DNA from: Eledone cirrhosa
Taxonomy: Eukaryota
Length of the DNA stretch: 64,000 bases
NCBI GenBank assembly: GCA_964016885.1
Contig: OZ024741.1
Location: 136,524,001 to 136,588,000 of the forward strand
Direction of reading: 5' to 3'
The position numbers and the translations under genes are program-made. Position 1 is the stretch's first letter. The number at the start of each line of letters is the position of its first letter. Below, one piece after another: positions 28,921 through 43,017 of this stretch. A model generated the notes under the pieces. It did not search any database. It was not told where the DNA came from and was given only the letters and a program-made list of their open reading frames with translations.

Positions 28921-30253
28921 AAGGAGAGAACCAGAACTGAATACCTCAGACGAGTAAAGAAAATATAGTCATCAGAACTGTCAGCGTACAACAAATACAT
29001 TGCCCACAATACTTATGCTGTGCCAATTATAACGCCAAGATTTGGCCTGCTGAACTGGTCATTGCAAGAACTAAGTGAGATGGATGTTAGAACTCGCAAA
29101 CTTCTCAGTGTTACTGGGAACTTTAACATCAATGGTGATGTGGATAGGCTATACTTCTCACGCAAGGTAGGTGGCCGGGGTCTAAAATCCATATTAACAA
29201 CATATGAGACCCGGATAGTAACACTGAAGCAGCACCTTCAACAGAGGAAAAAGGTTGGCAACCATCTTGCCCAGGTTTATGAGCATGAAAAAGAAATAGC
29301 ATTAGAATAGCGACTGGTCTGGAGGAGAGATATGGAATAAAGCCTGATATAAATCTCTCACCCAGAGAAATCGGAAGATCCTATTCAATGTTCAAACAAG
29401 ATGAAAAAATTGACCAATTTACAGAAAAGGTTGTGCATGGATACTTGAGACGTAAAACACAGACCATAGAGGGGATAAACCACCCAAAAAGCCTGGCATG
29501 GAGTTCCGACAAGTTTATGACATCACACCTTGAGGGATATCTCTATGCAATACAGGAACAAGAACTCCCTAGCAAATATCTACTACACAAAAGAGGAGGG
29601 CCAGCAGCTGACAATAAATGTAGGCTATGTAAAACAAAGATCGAGGATGTAAGCCACATTGTTGCCAGCTGCGAAAGAATGTCATCTCGCTACTACCTCC
29701 CCATGAGACACGATGGGATAGCTAGAACTATCTGGAACGCACTTCGGAAAACAAAATTAACAAACGAGGAAGAATATATTGAGACAGATGGCATTAAGGA
29801 ATACTGGTGGAACCTGAAAATAAAAACTGCCACCAAATTAAAGCACAACCCGCCTGATATTGTTGTTTGGGACCACACATTGAAAACGTGTTCTGTTGTG
29901 GAGATCAGCTGCCCACTTGATGTAAACGTTGTCAGAAAAATACAGGAGGACATCTACGGACCATTGATGAGGAGTTTACAAATCCAGTATCCAAGATACA
30001 CCTTTAGCTTCATACCCATCATTATTGGAGCTACGGGTTATATACCAACCCACTTGGACCAAAGTATGACTGAACTTGGATTTGCGGACAAAAAGCGCAG
30101 CTCCCTAATTCCTAGTCTACAAATGGCTGCGATAGCTGGCACCTTCAAAATTTGTAAAACATTATTGCCATTCAAGCGATGACAATTTCTTTTCTTTTCC
30201 AACCTTGCCAAGTGGCCGGTCAAAAAAATATACTCGAAATTAAGAGAAAGAGA
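28921..30253 (+). mobile_element. 5'-truncated R4/Dong-type non-LTR retrotransposon (RLE endonuclease), decayed
   Basis: AVPII..GLLNW, DVDRLYFSRKVGGRGL, AIQEQEL, CRLCKTKIEDVSHIVASC (CCHC), RHD, PDIVVWD..VVEISCP (PD-(D/E)xK-like); (TACA)n on both sides. Confidence 0.85.
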
Positions 30254-31490
30254 CATACATACATGCATACATACATACATACATACATACATACATACAT
30301 ACATACATACATACATACATACATACATACATACACACATACATACATGATGATGGCTGCCCCCTTGTTATCGGGTATGGCCATTGCACGATATACCATC
30401 TAAACTATAATAAAGGAAGGTTTGCGGGATTGCGTACGGTTTTTATTTATCCCGTTTGTAAAATAAGTTGGATTACTTTGAATAAATAATGAATGAATAT
30501 TACATAATTTATCTCCTCAATTTCGTAAACAAAAATAATTTCGTAAAAATAAATAATTTCAAATTGACTTCTTTTCAAAGTTGCACTTCCGGTATATCGT
30601 CACCACCACCACCACTTCAACTACCATATATATAGAAAGAGAGAGTTTGTGATGAGAGAGATAGAGAGATTATGATTTTCTACATCTGACGCGTATGAGT
30701 GTGCACATACATACATCTATATGTATGAGTATATAACTATAATCGCGCAAACACAAACCTATAAAAATACACTCTCACGGACATAATTCACACAAATACA
30801 CATACTTTCACACAAATACACATACATTGACACATACTTTCAGATAAACATACATACTTTCACACAAATATACATACATTCACACATATACTTTCACACA
30901 AATATACATACATTCACACATATACTTTCACACAAACATACATACATTCACACATACATTTACACAAACATACATACATTCATACATATACATTTACACA
31001 AACACACACACATACAGTCATGATAGCGTTCGGTTTAATTGGAAATGGAGGGGGGGGTAAAACAAGTATAACGTTTTATTTATTTATCAACTCTTTTTTT
31101 TTAAACTCATTTAATATAATGGTTACAGAATGAAAACACTAACAAATATAATCTAAACTATAATAAAGCAAGGAGCGCGGGACTGCATCCAGAATATAAT
31201 TTTTTATCCCGGTATGTAAAATAAGTTGCATTACTTTGAATAAATAATGAATGAATATTACATAATTTATCTACTAAAATTCGTAACACATGATTAAACA
31301 TATATTTCAATACTTCCCGTATATCTATACTATAGAGAGAAAGTGAAAGAGAAAGATGAAGCGATTTGGATCTTTTTGAACACGCTGTGTATGTGTGTGC
31401 ATGTGTGTATGTTGTTCTTTGATTTCATAAAATTGCTAGAGCGAGAAAGAGAGATTGTATGTGTGAGTATATAAAGAGAGGAGTGACTAT

Positions 31491-31547
<57 letters not shown>

Positions 31548-31593
31548 TTGATACGCGTTTTGCTGCTACCACTGTTGTTATGACTAACTCACA

Positions 31594-31644
<51 letters not shown>

Positions 31645-31712
31645 CGAATAGCAGACGATAATACATATTTCAAACATACATTTATTTCAAAGATTACTGT
31701 TCTCCGTGTCAG

Positions 31713-31776
<64 letters not shown>

Positions 31777-33914
31777 TTTTTTTTTTTTAACATATATTTA
31801 TTTCTAAGATTTAACCGTGGAGATAACATATATTTATACATACATGACAGAGAGTGAATATGGGACACAGAAAACATTTCTCATCTAAATCCCAACGCAA
31901 GACAGCAGACGCACAACGACAAAGAGAGAAGGGAGCAAATCAATCAAACAATAATCGCTCAACTTCCTAAAAAAATTTCTACAAATGAAATTCAGTTAAC
32001 ACACCAACTACAACTTGTAACAAATACACCAAACGTTCAGAGAGGAAGGAACGGGTCAATTGAAGGTCTGGCAAAGAATCCTACAGATGAACCTTTCCAA
32101 GAGAAAACTGTTCTTTCCATAATGCCACAACATAATGCAGGGAGTCTCTTTGCCTCTGTTTGTCCGCACTGCAAAGCTTATCGCTGGCCGCATGAACCCA
32201 AATCTCTGTGCTGCTTCCAGGGAAAAGTGAAACTCCATCAACTTCCTCCTCCTCCACCAAATATACTGAAATATTTCGATATCACTCAAACAGGAAATTC
32301 TTTTCTCCGTAAGATACGGGCATATAACAATGTGCTTGCCTTAACTTCAATTGGTTGCAAAGAGATTAAAGCACCAGGATTTAGTCCCACATTTAAGATC
32401 CAAGGTAGGATTTGTCATATTATTGGATCACTACTTCCAAGTGATGCTTCGCCCAAGTTTGGTGGCAGCTTTACTTCTATGATACAGATCATAAGCTTCA
32501 GAATCGCTTGCATCATGCAAATTTAGATGCTGCTGTCCTGCAGGACCTGTAAGAAGACTTGCACTACTGCAACACCTATATAAGAAGCTTCAAGTCAGTC
32601 ATTGAAATGCCAGTCTCTGAAAATGTGAATATTGTCCTATATGCTGACAAAGTAAAACCCACTGATTTTCATTGTCGCACATATAATCTCCCCATGGCAT
32701 CTGAGATTGCTGTTATTCAACTTGATACAGCATTAGGTCTTTTGGATGTCATCATTCATAAACGAGATGGAGGTCTTCAGAGGATTCATCAGTTGCACCG
32801 TTCTTATGATCCTCTGCATTATGTGCTACTGTTTCCTTGGGGGAATGATGGGTTTCAGGTTGGTTTGAAAAGGATTGACAACAACCAAGCACTCACACCC
32901 ACTGATTTCTACTGTTATCGTTTTCAGGTCAGGCAAGGTGACTGTAACATTATCATGAACAGCAGGCGGCTGATGCAGCAATATGCAGTAGATGCCCAGG
33001 CAAAAATAGAACATTGTCGCCTCAAATGGGCCCGCAACAATCAAACCATGATACGAGCTGAAAAGTATGAGGGTTTGTATGATGCTGTGGCTGAAGGAGT
33101 TTCAGTAAATGCAGGCCGGAGAATTGTTCTTCCTCCTTCATTCTATGGTTCCCCTCGCTTCTACAGTGAGTGCTTTCAGAATTCGATGACTGTGGTTCGA
33201 CACATGGGAATGCCATCTTATTTCATCACGGTAACAACTAACCCTAACTGGGATGGAATAAAAAATAGTTTGCACCCTGGTGAAGAACCTAGAGACCGTC
33301 CTGATATTTGTGCAAGTGTCTTCAAGATCAAGTATGACAGCCTCATGGATGACATATTGAAGAAAATGTCCTAGGCAAAGTTGTGGCTCATTCTGCTACA
33401 ATAGAATGGCAGAAACGAGGCCTCACTCATGCTCATATTCTGCTGATAATGGCTGAAGATAGCAAACCCAAAACTGCCTATGCGATTGATCAGGTAGTGT
33501 ACTGTGAGATTCCTGATAAAGAGACTAATCCAATTCTGCATAAGATCATCACATCCTGCAACATTCATGGCCCATGTGGACAAGCTAATATGATGTGCCC
33601 ATGTATGGAAGGGCTAGGACAACAACGCCATTGCTCAAAATGTTATCCGAAGTCATTCAGACAAACTACATTTGTTGCCAAAAATTCCTTTCCGGAGTAT
33701 AGAAGAAGGGATAGACAGCATGGTGGTCACACCCATACAATCCAACTTAAAGGTCAAGAATTTACTGTTGATAATTGTTGGATTGCTCCATACAACCCTT
33801 ACCTCTCATTGAGATATCAGTGCCACATCAATTGTGAGGTTGCCCACAGTGTCAAGGCTGTTAAGTACTTCTATAAGTACATCACGAAAGGATCAGACAA
33901 AATCACTTTCATTA

Positions 33915-34066
33915 TGCTTTCCAGCATAGTTACGTCCCTTTACGATCTGAGTTCAAATCCCGCCGAGGTTGACATTGCCTTTCATCCTTACGGGGTCGAT
34001 AAAATAAAGTACCAGTAATGCACTGGGTAATTGCTGGCCTTGTGCCTAAAGTAGAAACAATTATTA
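33915..34066 (+). mobile_element. 5'-truncated SINE inserted in Helitron Rep domain
   Basis: Near-identical to 15235-15385; removing it rejoins GSDKITFI-KDDQGN. Confidence 0.85.
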
Positions 34067-35872
34067 AGGATGATCAAGGAAATTGTATCCATGCCCAAAA
34101 TGAGATTGAGATCTATATCAATGCACGGTACATCTCAGCCAGTGAAGCATTCTGGAGAATCTATAAATTTCCATTACATCATCGAAAACCGCAAGTTGAA
34201 AGTTGCCTTGCCATTTACCTGGGGAACAAATGGTCGTGTATGAGCGAGAGCAGGAAGAAAGTCTTGTTTCTAGGGGACAGCCAATGACTAAGTTGTCGGA
34301 ATATTTTCAACTGAATATTAGAGATCCACTGGCACAAAACATTGTATATTGATATTCCTAAATATTTCACTTGGACAAACAAAAAGTGGCAAAGAAGAAA
34401 AAAGGGACATCTGGATGGAGATCAACAATTTATGAGTGAATCTCTTGGACGTATTCCAACAGTCTCTCTCAGTAGACATCAATCTGAATTATATTACCTC
34501 AGAATGATCCTACATCACAAGGCTGGGTCAACTTCATATAAAGAATTGAGGACAATTGAAGGAGTTGAATTTCCAATATTCCAAGAAGCATGCAGGAAAC
34601 TTGGTCTGTTAGATGAGGATGGAGAAAAAGACAAAGCTATGGAAGAGGCCTCATTCATTACGCTTTGTCCTCAGCTGCGAGAGATCTTCTGTACCATTTT
34701 ATTGTACTGCATGCCAAATGACCCTCTGCAGTTCTGGGAGAAATGGAAGAATTGTCTTGCAGAGGATATCATGCATGAACGTCGTGAGCAAGTCATGTTC
34801 ATGCAAACCGTGCAGATTGTTCTACAGAAGATCCAACAAAAACTTCAACATGATGGATTGGACATTCATACCAACTATGGACTTCCTCAGCCAGATCCAA
34901 CTATTGTTGCCATACCAGAAATCAACAGGGTTCTTATGGCAGAAACTGATTTCAATACACACAAACTGCAAGCAAATATAAATGAACTTCTGCTAACATG
35001 GAATCCTGAGCAACTGGTTATTTTTCACAAAGTAATCACCTCTGTAAATGAAAATGAAGGCAGAGTTTTCTGCTTGAATGCAAGTGCAGGTACAGGAAAG
35101 ACCTATGTCATAAACAACCTATTGGATTACCTCCGATCTAAAAACCAAAATTGCACTTGCCACTGCCTTATCTGGAATAGCAGCCACTTTGCTTCACAAA
35201 GATAGAACTCTTCATTCCAAGTGCAATATTCCTCTCAATGTGACTGCTGAATCAACTTGATTCTTCACAAAGGAGGATGACACAGGTAAACTTATGCAGC
35301 AAGCTGACCTGCTAATCGTTGATGAGATAGGTATGGGACATAAGCATATCTTTGAATACCTTGACAGGAGCTTCAAAGATGTTCGAGATTGCAAAAAGCC
35401 ATTTGGTGGTGTAACAGTATTACTATCTGGTGACTGGAAGCAAATTCTTCCAGTTGTATGTCATGGTGCTAGACTACAAATAGTTGAGGCAACCATCAAG
35501 AGATCCTATCTCTGGGACTATGGGGAAACCATGGAGATGACAACCAATCAACAATTAATTAATGCAGAGGATTCTGATGAAAGACAGTTTGCAAACTACC
35601 TTCTTGATGTGGGAAATGGTAACATTCAAACTGTACCCACTGTAGGTGTATTCACAATTCTTCTGCCAAATGAACTTTGTCTGGAATATGGCAATGTGTC
35701 TGGACTGTGTAATTTTGTGTATACAAATCTTCCAGGAAACTACACAAACCCACTATGGCTTGCAAATAAAGCCATTATCACTCCAACAAATGATGCAGCA
35801 AGATTGGTGAATGAATTCATGGTCAACAAGTTCCCTGGTCATGAAATAATCTACAGAAGCTCTAGTACAATA

Positions 35873-36060
35873 GATAATTGTTTCTACTTTTGGCACAAGG
35901 CCAGCAATTGCCCAGTGTATTACTGGTACTTTATTTTATCGACCCCTTAAGGATGAAAGGCAAAGTTAACCTTGGCGGGATTTGAACTCAGAATGGCAAG
36001 GACCGTAACTCTATGCGTCAAAGCATGGCGTCCGACCCTCTACCGATACTGCCAATCCAC
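35873..36060 (-). mobile_element. Full-length SINE inserted in Helitron helicase domain
   Basis: Reverse-complement match to 15199-15385; interrupts YRSSSTID...LQYPIQF. Confidence 0.85.
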
Positions 36061-37079
36061 CTGCAATATCCAATTCAGTTCATCAACAAACTTACCCCAT
36101 CAGGATTCCCAACACACATACTTAAACTGAAGAAAAGCAGTTGTATCATACTTCTGAGAAATCTGGATCCTCTAAACGAGCATTGCAATGGTACACGCTA
36201 CATTATCACCAGTTTACATAATCATGTAATTGAAGCTGAAGAGGCATTGGGTCCCAATGCTGGAACAATGTTGTTAATCCCAAGGATACCACATGTATCT
36301 CAAGAGCTTGAGTTCCATTTAACCTTTACTCGCAAGCAATTTCCTGTCAAACCAGCCTTTGCCCTTACATGCAACAAGGCACAAGGGCAGACATCTGAAA
36401 AGATAGGTGTATATCTACCAACACAATTCTTTTCACATGGTCAGATGTATGTTGCATTATCACGAGTTACAAAAAAATAAAATATAAAAATATTAAATGA
36501 AAGGGGTCTGTTTGCTGACAACTGTGTCTACAAAGAAATTCTACAGTGATGTGAAACAGCTATCACTCTTTTAGTTGAAATGCATTTAGTTTCTTTTTAA
36601 CTGCTAGAAAAGGGACACTACAAAAACTCAGGAAGTCTATATGTGAATACAGTAAAACAACAATATAGCGAAGGTCAACTCTTCATATTGGTAAATGTAA
36701 TTCATTCATACCAGTAGCATCTATTTTCAAATTCACTGCTTGAAGCTTCCCATCGACATTCTCAAGTGAAGATTCATAAACATTTTCCGTCAACAGTTTC
36801 ATCGCTTTTCCATCTCCGTTATCCCTTTTTTTTAAATGTATCATGGATTACTTTACTGATTACAGAAGTAAGTGTAACACAGTCTTTGTTCAGTTTATGT
36901 GCATATTGTCAATTTATGTATCATATCTATGTGCATATATATTTGCGTATATCAATATGCACACTATATATGCTAGCAGAAAACCGCCCGAGGGCGGTTC
37001 TTATGCTAGTTATTAATAATTATTAATTAATTATATCGTGCAATGCCTGTGTGTGAAGATATTTTTTTAAAATGAGGAA

Positions 37080-37573
37080 AGACTGTGCACTGAGCCAATC
37101 CCACTCTCTGAGCGACAGTAGCTATCACCTAAAAAGAACAAAAGATCAACATCATCGGTAACTACTGAGCCGCAGGTTTAATATCGGAGTTATTCCAGTT
37201 TCCTGAGTTGCCTTCTACTAGAAGAATGCCCTGACAAAGGCTAGGGGTTCTTCACTCCCAGTAGTTTAACCGCGCGATCGGGTGTCCAGCCCGACTATTT
37301 CTATGTCCCCGCGCATATACATACACATGCACCCATGTATATATGCACATATGTACATGTGTATATACATATTTACACACTTTTATATGGCCGTTGACCC
37401 TGATGAGTTCTTCTGCCATTTGTCAGGTTTTGTTTTTTTGTCCTGCAGTGTCCAAAATCACCCTCCTCACCAAGTAAACTTGGTGGGGTTGCCGCTTTAG
37501 TCGCCGACGACCCGACCATGCGACAGGTTATAGTGGGATACATGTTACCAGTAGCACTCAAGAGTGGCCCGAC
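37080..37573 (-). mobile_element. Bipartite RTE-derived element, copy B main part (other end at 30347-30390, split by Helitron)
   Basis: Colinear with 28468-28826 (..gtcgccgacgacccgacc..catgttaccagtagcac..) apart from an insertion at about 37268-37385. Confidence 0.6.
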
Positions 37574-37674
37574 ATAACATACATACATACATACATACAT
37601 ACATACGTACATACATACATACATACATACATACATACATACAGACAAACACACACACAAACAGAAAGACAGAC

Positions 37675-37736
<62 letters not shown>

Positions 37737-37998
37737 GTAGGTAGGTAAATAGATAGATAGACAGATTTCTTTATTTGCCACAAGGGCGCACAAGAAAAGG
37801 GGACAATACAAAGACATGCCGGAGATTTTAGATTCAGTCGTGTAAAAAATATAAAAACAAACAATTACAACAATCGAAATCCCCAATAGGGGGGAGGCGC
37901 CACAAATGGGTTGTTTAATACCCCGTCGATAGAACAACCCTCAACTCCAGGAAGTGTTGTGCAAGTGCTCCTTTCTTCCTTTTGCTCTCTTCTTCAAC

Positions 37999-40900
37999 CT
38001 ACAAGCTTATAAACAGAGAAGGCCCAATCACTCGAGCCATTTTCGCTTCATTGACCCACCTTTCAGTAAATTTACTGGGGTACAGTGCCTCACTCTCCAC
38101 TTTGATTCTCCTTCTAAAGTGATACTTAAAGAAGGGAATCAACTGTTGTCCGGAGAGAAAGGCATCTGTCCTCAGTCCTCTCAATCTCGTCTGCCATATA
38201 ACTTCTTTCACCATAGGCACCGTACAGAGGAAAACCGCCTCTCTTTCGTTTTTGAAAGAGGCTGGCGGTTTGATCCTTACTATGGACTCGGCAGTCAACT
38301 GGATTTGTCCCATATGCGACAGCAGTTGTTCTGCATAGTTCCACAGGTCGGTTACGCCCGGACAGTGTACAATAGTGCGCATCTTGGACACGTCCTCTTG
38401 GAAGGATCCCTGCCGGGGCGTCTGTGCCTGTAGATCTTGTCACGAACCGGTAGAGCTCCTTGGTAGCACTGCCAGGCCAGGGACCTCTGGATGTTGTCCA
38501 TAGGTCCCGGGTGGAAAGTCCTACCAAAGAGACTGGTGAGCTCATCGTCTTCGACGCCCAGAGTCTCTCCGAGCACGTCGTCGCCCTTGTAACGTACAAT
38601 TCCTCTATAGAATGTCGAAGTGGAGTCTCCACTGATTGCTGCGCCCGCTTGCCAGAGGACTATGAGCGCCTGAGCGCATTCAATGTGCCAGGCGCCTATC
38701 GTTTTCGGTCTTTTCTTGAACCAGGACTGCAGCTCCATCAGCGAGAAGAGCTGTGGGAAAGCCTGTCTCACAAACGGTGCCCACACCGGTTGGGGGTCGG
38801 TGAGGAATACCTGGAGATGCCGCAGCCTCAGTGCATGCTTGTGCATCATCAGCCATGGCATTCCCAGCCCTACGTTGGAAGGGTGCTGACAGCAGACGGA
38901 TCTCCTCACCAGCGGAGCCTGCTTCTTCCACAGAAACTGGAAGAGCATGCGTTCCATCTTGGCGAGGTGTTCACGGGGTCGAGGCACGACAGTCAAGCGG
39001 TAGTAGATGACGGACGCTATGAAAGTGTTCGCCACCTCCACTCGACCTTTCAAGGACAGTTTGCACTCTGCCCACTTCTGGGTGAGTGCAAACACCTTGG
39101 CCGTGACCTCGTTCCAGTTTTTCTCCACCTGGAGGTCTGGACCGAACCAGACCCCGAGCAATTTCAGCGGTCCGTCCGTCCAGCGTCCAACGACGCTGTC
39201 GGACGTCATCGGTTTGCCTCTCCACGTACCGAGTTGCAAACCGACAGACTTGTCCTGTCAGCGTTTCGTATTCTTTCAGTAAGTTGTCGATCACCCCGAT
39301 TTCCGATGTGTTCGACACCATTACCGTCACGTGGTCGGCATAAGCCGATGCCGCTATGCGCAGTCCCGGTTCTAGAGGGATGCCCTGCAACAGCTTCAAT
39401 TTCCGCACTAGTGGCTCTAGAGTCAATACATACAGAATGAAAGAGAGAGGGCACCCCTGTCGAATGGAACGCGTGATTGCGAACGGCTCCGATAGCTAGC
39501 CGTTAACCTTAACCCTCGAGCAGATGCTGGTGTGCATCGGCTCGATCCAGCCTCTGAACACGGGACCGAAACCGGCCGCCTTGAGAACCGCTTCCAAGGA
39601 TCGATGGTCGACCCTATCGAATGCCTTAGACTGTCCAAATTGATCAAAGACCCACCGAAGCCGGGTTTACTACCCACCCTCTCTATGATGTATCGCATGA
39701 GGTGGAGGTTGTCGTGTATGGACCTGGTCGGGATTGCACACGTTTGCGCTTTCCCTACCAGGTTCTCGACGACAAGCGCCAACCTCGTCGCTAGCACCTT
39801 AGCCAAAATCTTTAACTCTGTGTTGAGCAGAGTTATGGACCTGAAGTTGTTAATTTCGTCCCCCTTGTTCTCGTCTTTCCTGATCAGCGTTACTACGCCC
39901 TTGCCTGCAGGACTGGGAATTCTCCCGTTCTGCTGCCAATTGCAGTAGACGGCTTCGAGGATGCCAGGGAACAAGTCCGGCGTGCCTATGGTAGACCATA
40001 GGGTAGACTATCTAGACCGGATGACTTGCCTTTCCCGCAGCGGCCCAGAGCGTCCCGTATCTCAGTGTCCGTGATTGGTCTATCGCAGAACTCGGCGTCC
40101 GTGTTCGAGAGGCGCGGCAGGCTGTCGAGGTATGAACTAAAGTCCATTGCCCTGTTCGGCTCATCGTCGTTCTGCTCAAATAGTTGCGCAAAGTGCTGCT
40201 GAAAGGCCGCGCACATTTGCTTGGGGTCAAGTAGCACGCGTCCATTTTGATCTTTCAAAGACCGAATCGTGGACTTGTTGCCACTTTTTGCCTCCGCCAC
40301 TCGGGCCCAGCTGACAGCTTTCGCTCCTTCGTTTCCTAGAGCACGTGTTTTTCTTCTGACCACGCAGCCTTCGTGTTTCGCATCGAAGAACTGTTCCAGT
40401 GCCGTTCTTGACGCTAACACTCTAGCCGCGTTGCCACTTCTAAGTGCCTCCTCTACCTTGGCTATTAGTTCTCTTTCTAGTTTGTTTTTCTCTAAGGCTA
40501 ACTCTCTGCTAAACCCTATCGATTCTATTCTAATTGCTTTCTTGAGAGAGGACCACCATCTATTGTTGACGATGGATCCTGTTAACTGTTGCTTGACTAA
40601 TCTACTTATCTGTTCACTGTAAGCTTTACGTGCCGGCAACGACACGTTCAGCTTCCAGTATCCGGGTCTTTGTTTATGTGTTCTGTCACGGTTGACTAAG
40701 TAGACGCCTAATTTGTGATCTGAATAGGCAACCATGTGCATTCGTGGACAGCTTAACATCTCCTTGTCCCTTTCTCTAATGAAGAACCTATCTAAATACG
40801 ATCTAGATGTCCCGCTGCGGTTTGCCCACGTCCACTGTGGTGCAGTCGGGAAATCCAGTCGATACCTATCGGCCAGTTGGAATTGGCCGATTAAAGTTTT

Positions 40901-41402
40901 GAGGCTGTTGCACCCCGCTCTACTGGGACATGCTCCCACATAGTCCCATCGTGCATCTAGGATACCATTCCAGTCCCCCACTAAAATTAAGGAGCGAGAC
41001 GTTCCCAGAAAAGACTCTAGACGCTTAAAGAAGTCTGGCCGTGATTGCGATTGCCCGGTCGGGGCATAAACGGCCACCAGTCTGAAGGCTCCACCTCCAA
41101 TACGGTTCACGTCTAGGACTACCAGTCTACCCTCCGGGTCCATGTGTACTTGCTGTACTTCGACGTCCAGGTTCTTCCGAAACATGACAGCCACTCCACC
41201 CCCACCTCCTGGCTGACAGAGAGATGTGTAGATCTCAAAGTCGTCGAAGATGGGGGGTTAGTTGCTGCCTGTTGTGGATCCTGGACTCGGTGATGGCTAT
41301 CACATCCATACCGTGTGACCTAAGGTCGTTTAAAAGTTAGCCCTGTTTCCAGGGCATCCCTAGGCCACGCACATTCACGCTTCCAACTCGTATACTAGCC
41401 AT
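37999..41402 (-). pseudogene. Tx1 copy 3 ORF2 (APE-RT), multiple frameshifts
   Basis: GDWN, SYLDR, SDH, FRSITLLN, YADH (degenerate YADD), ending SLFISL*. Confidence 0.9.
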
Positions 41403-41443
41403 GTTGGTGAAGAAGAGTTGGAGAAAAAGGACGAAAGGTGCAC

Positions 41444-42965
41444 TTACCTTTTCGTTTCCTGGAGATCGGGTTGTTCAATCTCCATTTGGGTGCTGGATGG
41501 GGTGTTGGGTGGGGTGGGGAAACATTTTAACAGGACGCGGTTGATGGGTTTCTGGCAGGGATTGCCCACGTCCTGTGAAAATTTATTTTTCAGGTCATTA
41601 TAGGTTTCCATAGAAACACTTATAAGTTTAAGGTGTGGAGACGATTCTGCCTTGACGAAAGTTTTGCCCTCCGTCTCCACCTTGGGGTTTTTGGCGATGA
41701 CCTCCATCAAATTCTTGTTGTTTGTGTTGATGTATGCGTATTGTTGTTTGTGTTTTTGTTGTGTTGTTCGTCCGGGAGCTTTCTTTTTATGGTGGGTGCT
41801 TCTGTTTGGGGTGGTGTTGTTGTTGGTTTTGCTGATAGGGGGATGTTTGGCTGTGGTGCTGTTTGTGTTGTTGTTTGTGTCTGTGGTTGTGTGTTGGTGT
41901 TGGTGATTGAAGTTTTGGGGTTTTGTGGTGTCTCTTTTTTTTTGTTTTTTAGATTTCCGCGGCTCTCTCTCTTCTTCACTTAAAGAAGGAGAAGCAGCTT
42001 CATCCGTCTATGAATAATAATCATCAGGTGTGTGGGGTACGGGTATGTTGTGTGGTGGTGGTGTTTCGGTGTGTGTGTTTGTGGTAGAGTTTGATGGAAT
42101 GGGATGGGGCTGGGGCTGTGTTCTTCAGGGGTGTTGTCTCTGTTTTTTTCTGTTGTTTGTTTGGTGTGGTTGCTCGTTTCGTCTGTCGTTGTACTTGTGG
42201 TGGTGGTGGTTGTTTTGGTGTTGGTAATAGTGGTTTTTTAATGATGTTGTTGTGGTGTGTTTGTGAAGGACAAGAGGCTTTTAGGTGTGCTGTGCTACCA
42301 CAGCGAAAGCAAGGAAATTTACCCCCCTCTACCGAAATGTTTATTTTGTTGTTATCATCGATGACGACTCTTTCGGGTATTTTGGAGATTCTCTCCGGCC
42401 TCATTTGCAGCAGAATCTCCAAATCAGTACCCGCCCACCTTTGTCGAATATACTTTCGTATTGAAAGAATGGCATCCGTTTCTGGCTCTACGAAGCCAGC
42501 CAAGATCCACCAGATGTTAATGTTTGGGGGTATATATTTTTTTGTTGTGCCCTTTTTCCCATGTATGTAGGGAAAAAGGTAAATGCTTTTGACACCATTG
42601 GTGTCACAGAATGTTTTTAGGCGAGTGCCTCGCTTTTAAACAGTACGGAAACACTTCCGTACTGTTTTCCTCGTTGGAAAGAAATCGATATTTGCTAGAA
42701 TTTCCTTGAAAGTAGCTTCTATATCTGCTTGACTAACAAATATCAGCTTTCTCGTGGAATTGGACACAGTCCTAAAGGTGACTGATCTTCGAACTGTGTC
42801 TTCCTTTATTTCAAGTTAATTCTAAACCCACCCTTCTCTTTGAAAGTTACAAATTTTCTCCCTTGCTGGAACATATCTCTTGCATTGGAGATGTCAAGAT
42901 TTATAAAATCTTGTTTTTTGTTCACTGTTTCAGCGAAAGACATTTTCTTTTTTGTGTGGTGTTGC

Positions 42966-43017
<52 letters not shown>

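Larger units (their letters stand above)
32122..36549 (+). pseudogene. Helitron RepHel (HUH Rep + PIF1-like helicase), interrupted
   Basis: YFITVTTNPNW, EWQKRGLTHAHIL (HUH), KYFYKYITKG (Y2), ASAGTGKT, LIVDEIGM, PFGG..GDWKQILPV, RKQFPVKPAFALTCNKAQGQT, FSHGQMYVALSRV; frameshifts, stops and two SINE insertions. Confidence 0.9.
30399..37009 (+). mobile_element. Helitron, formerly autonomous, decayed
   Basis: 5' A|TCTAAACTATAATAAAG; Rep/helicase remnants; 3' hairpin AACCGCCC-GA-GGGCGGTT (36982-36999) followed by CTAG|T at 37006-37009. Confidence 0.85.

Noticed and set aside
37470-37573. HDV-like ribozyme at the 5' end of the RTE-derived element (ggtaacatg...gcatgg...gactaa on minus)
   Set aside because: I could not find the P1/P2/P3 5' strands, so the fold cannot be completed by eye.
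38460-39440. Long antisense ORFs over the Tx1 ORFs (also 21583-22341, 51676-52392)
   Set aside because: Shadow frames of GC-rich or AC-biased coding sequence; no motifs and not conserved between copies.
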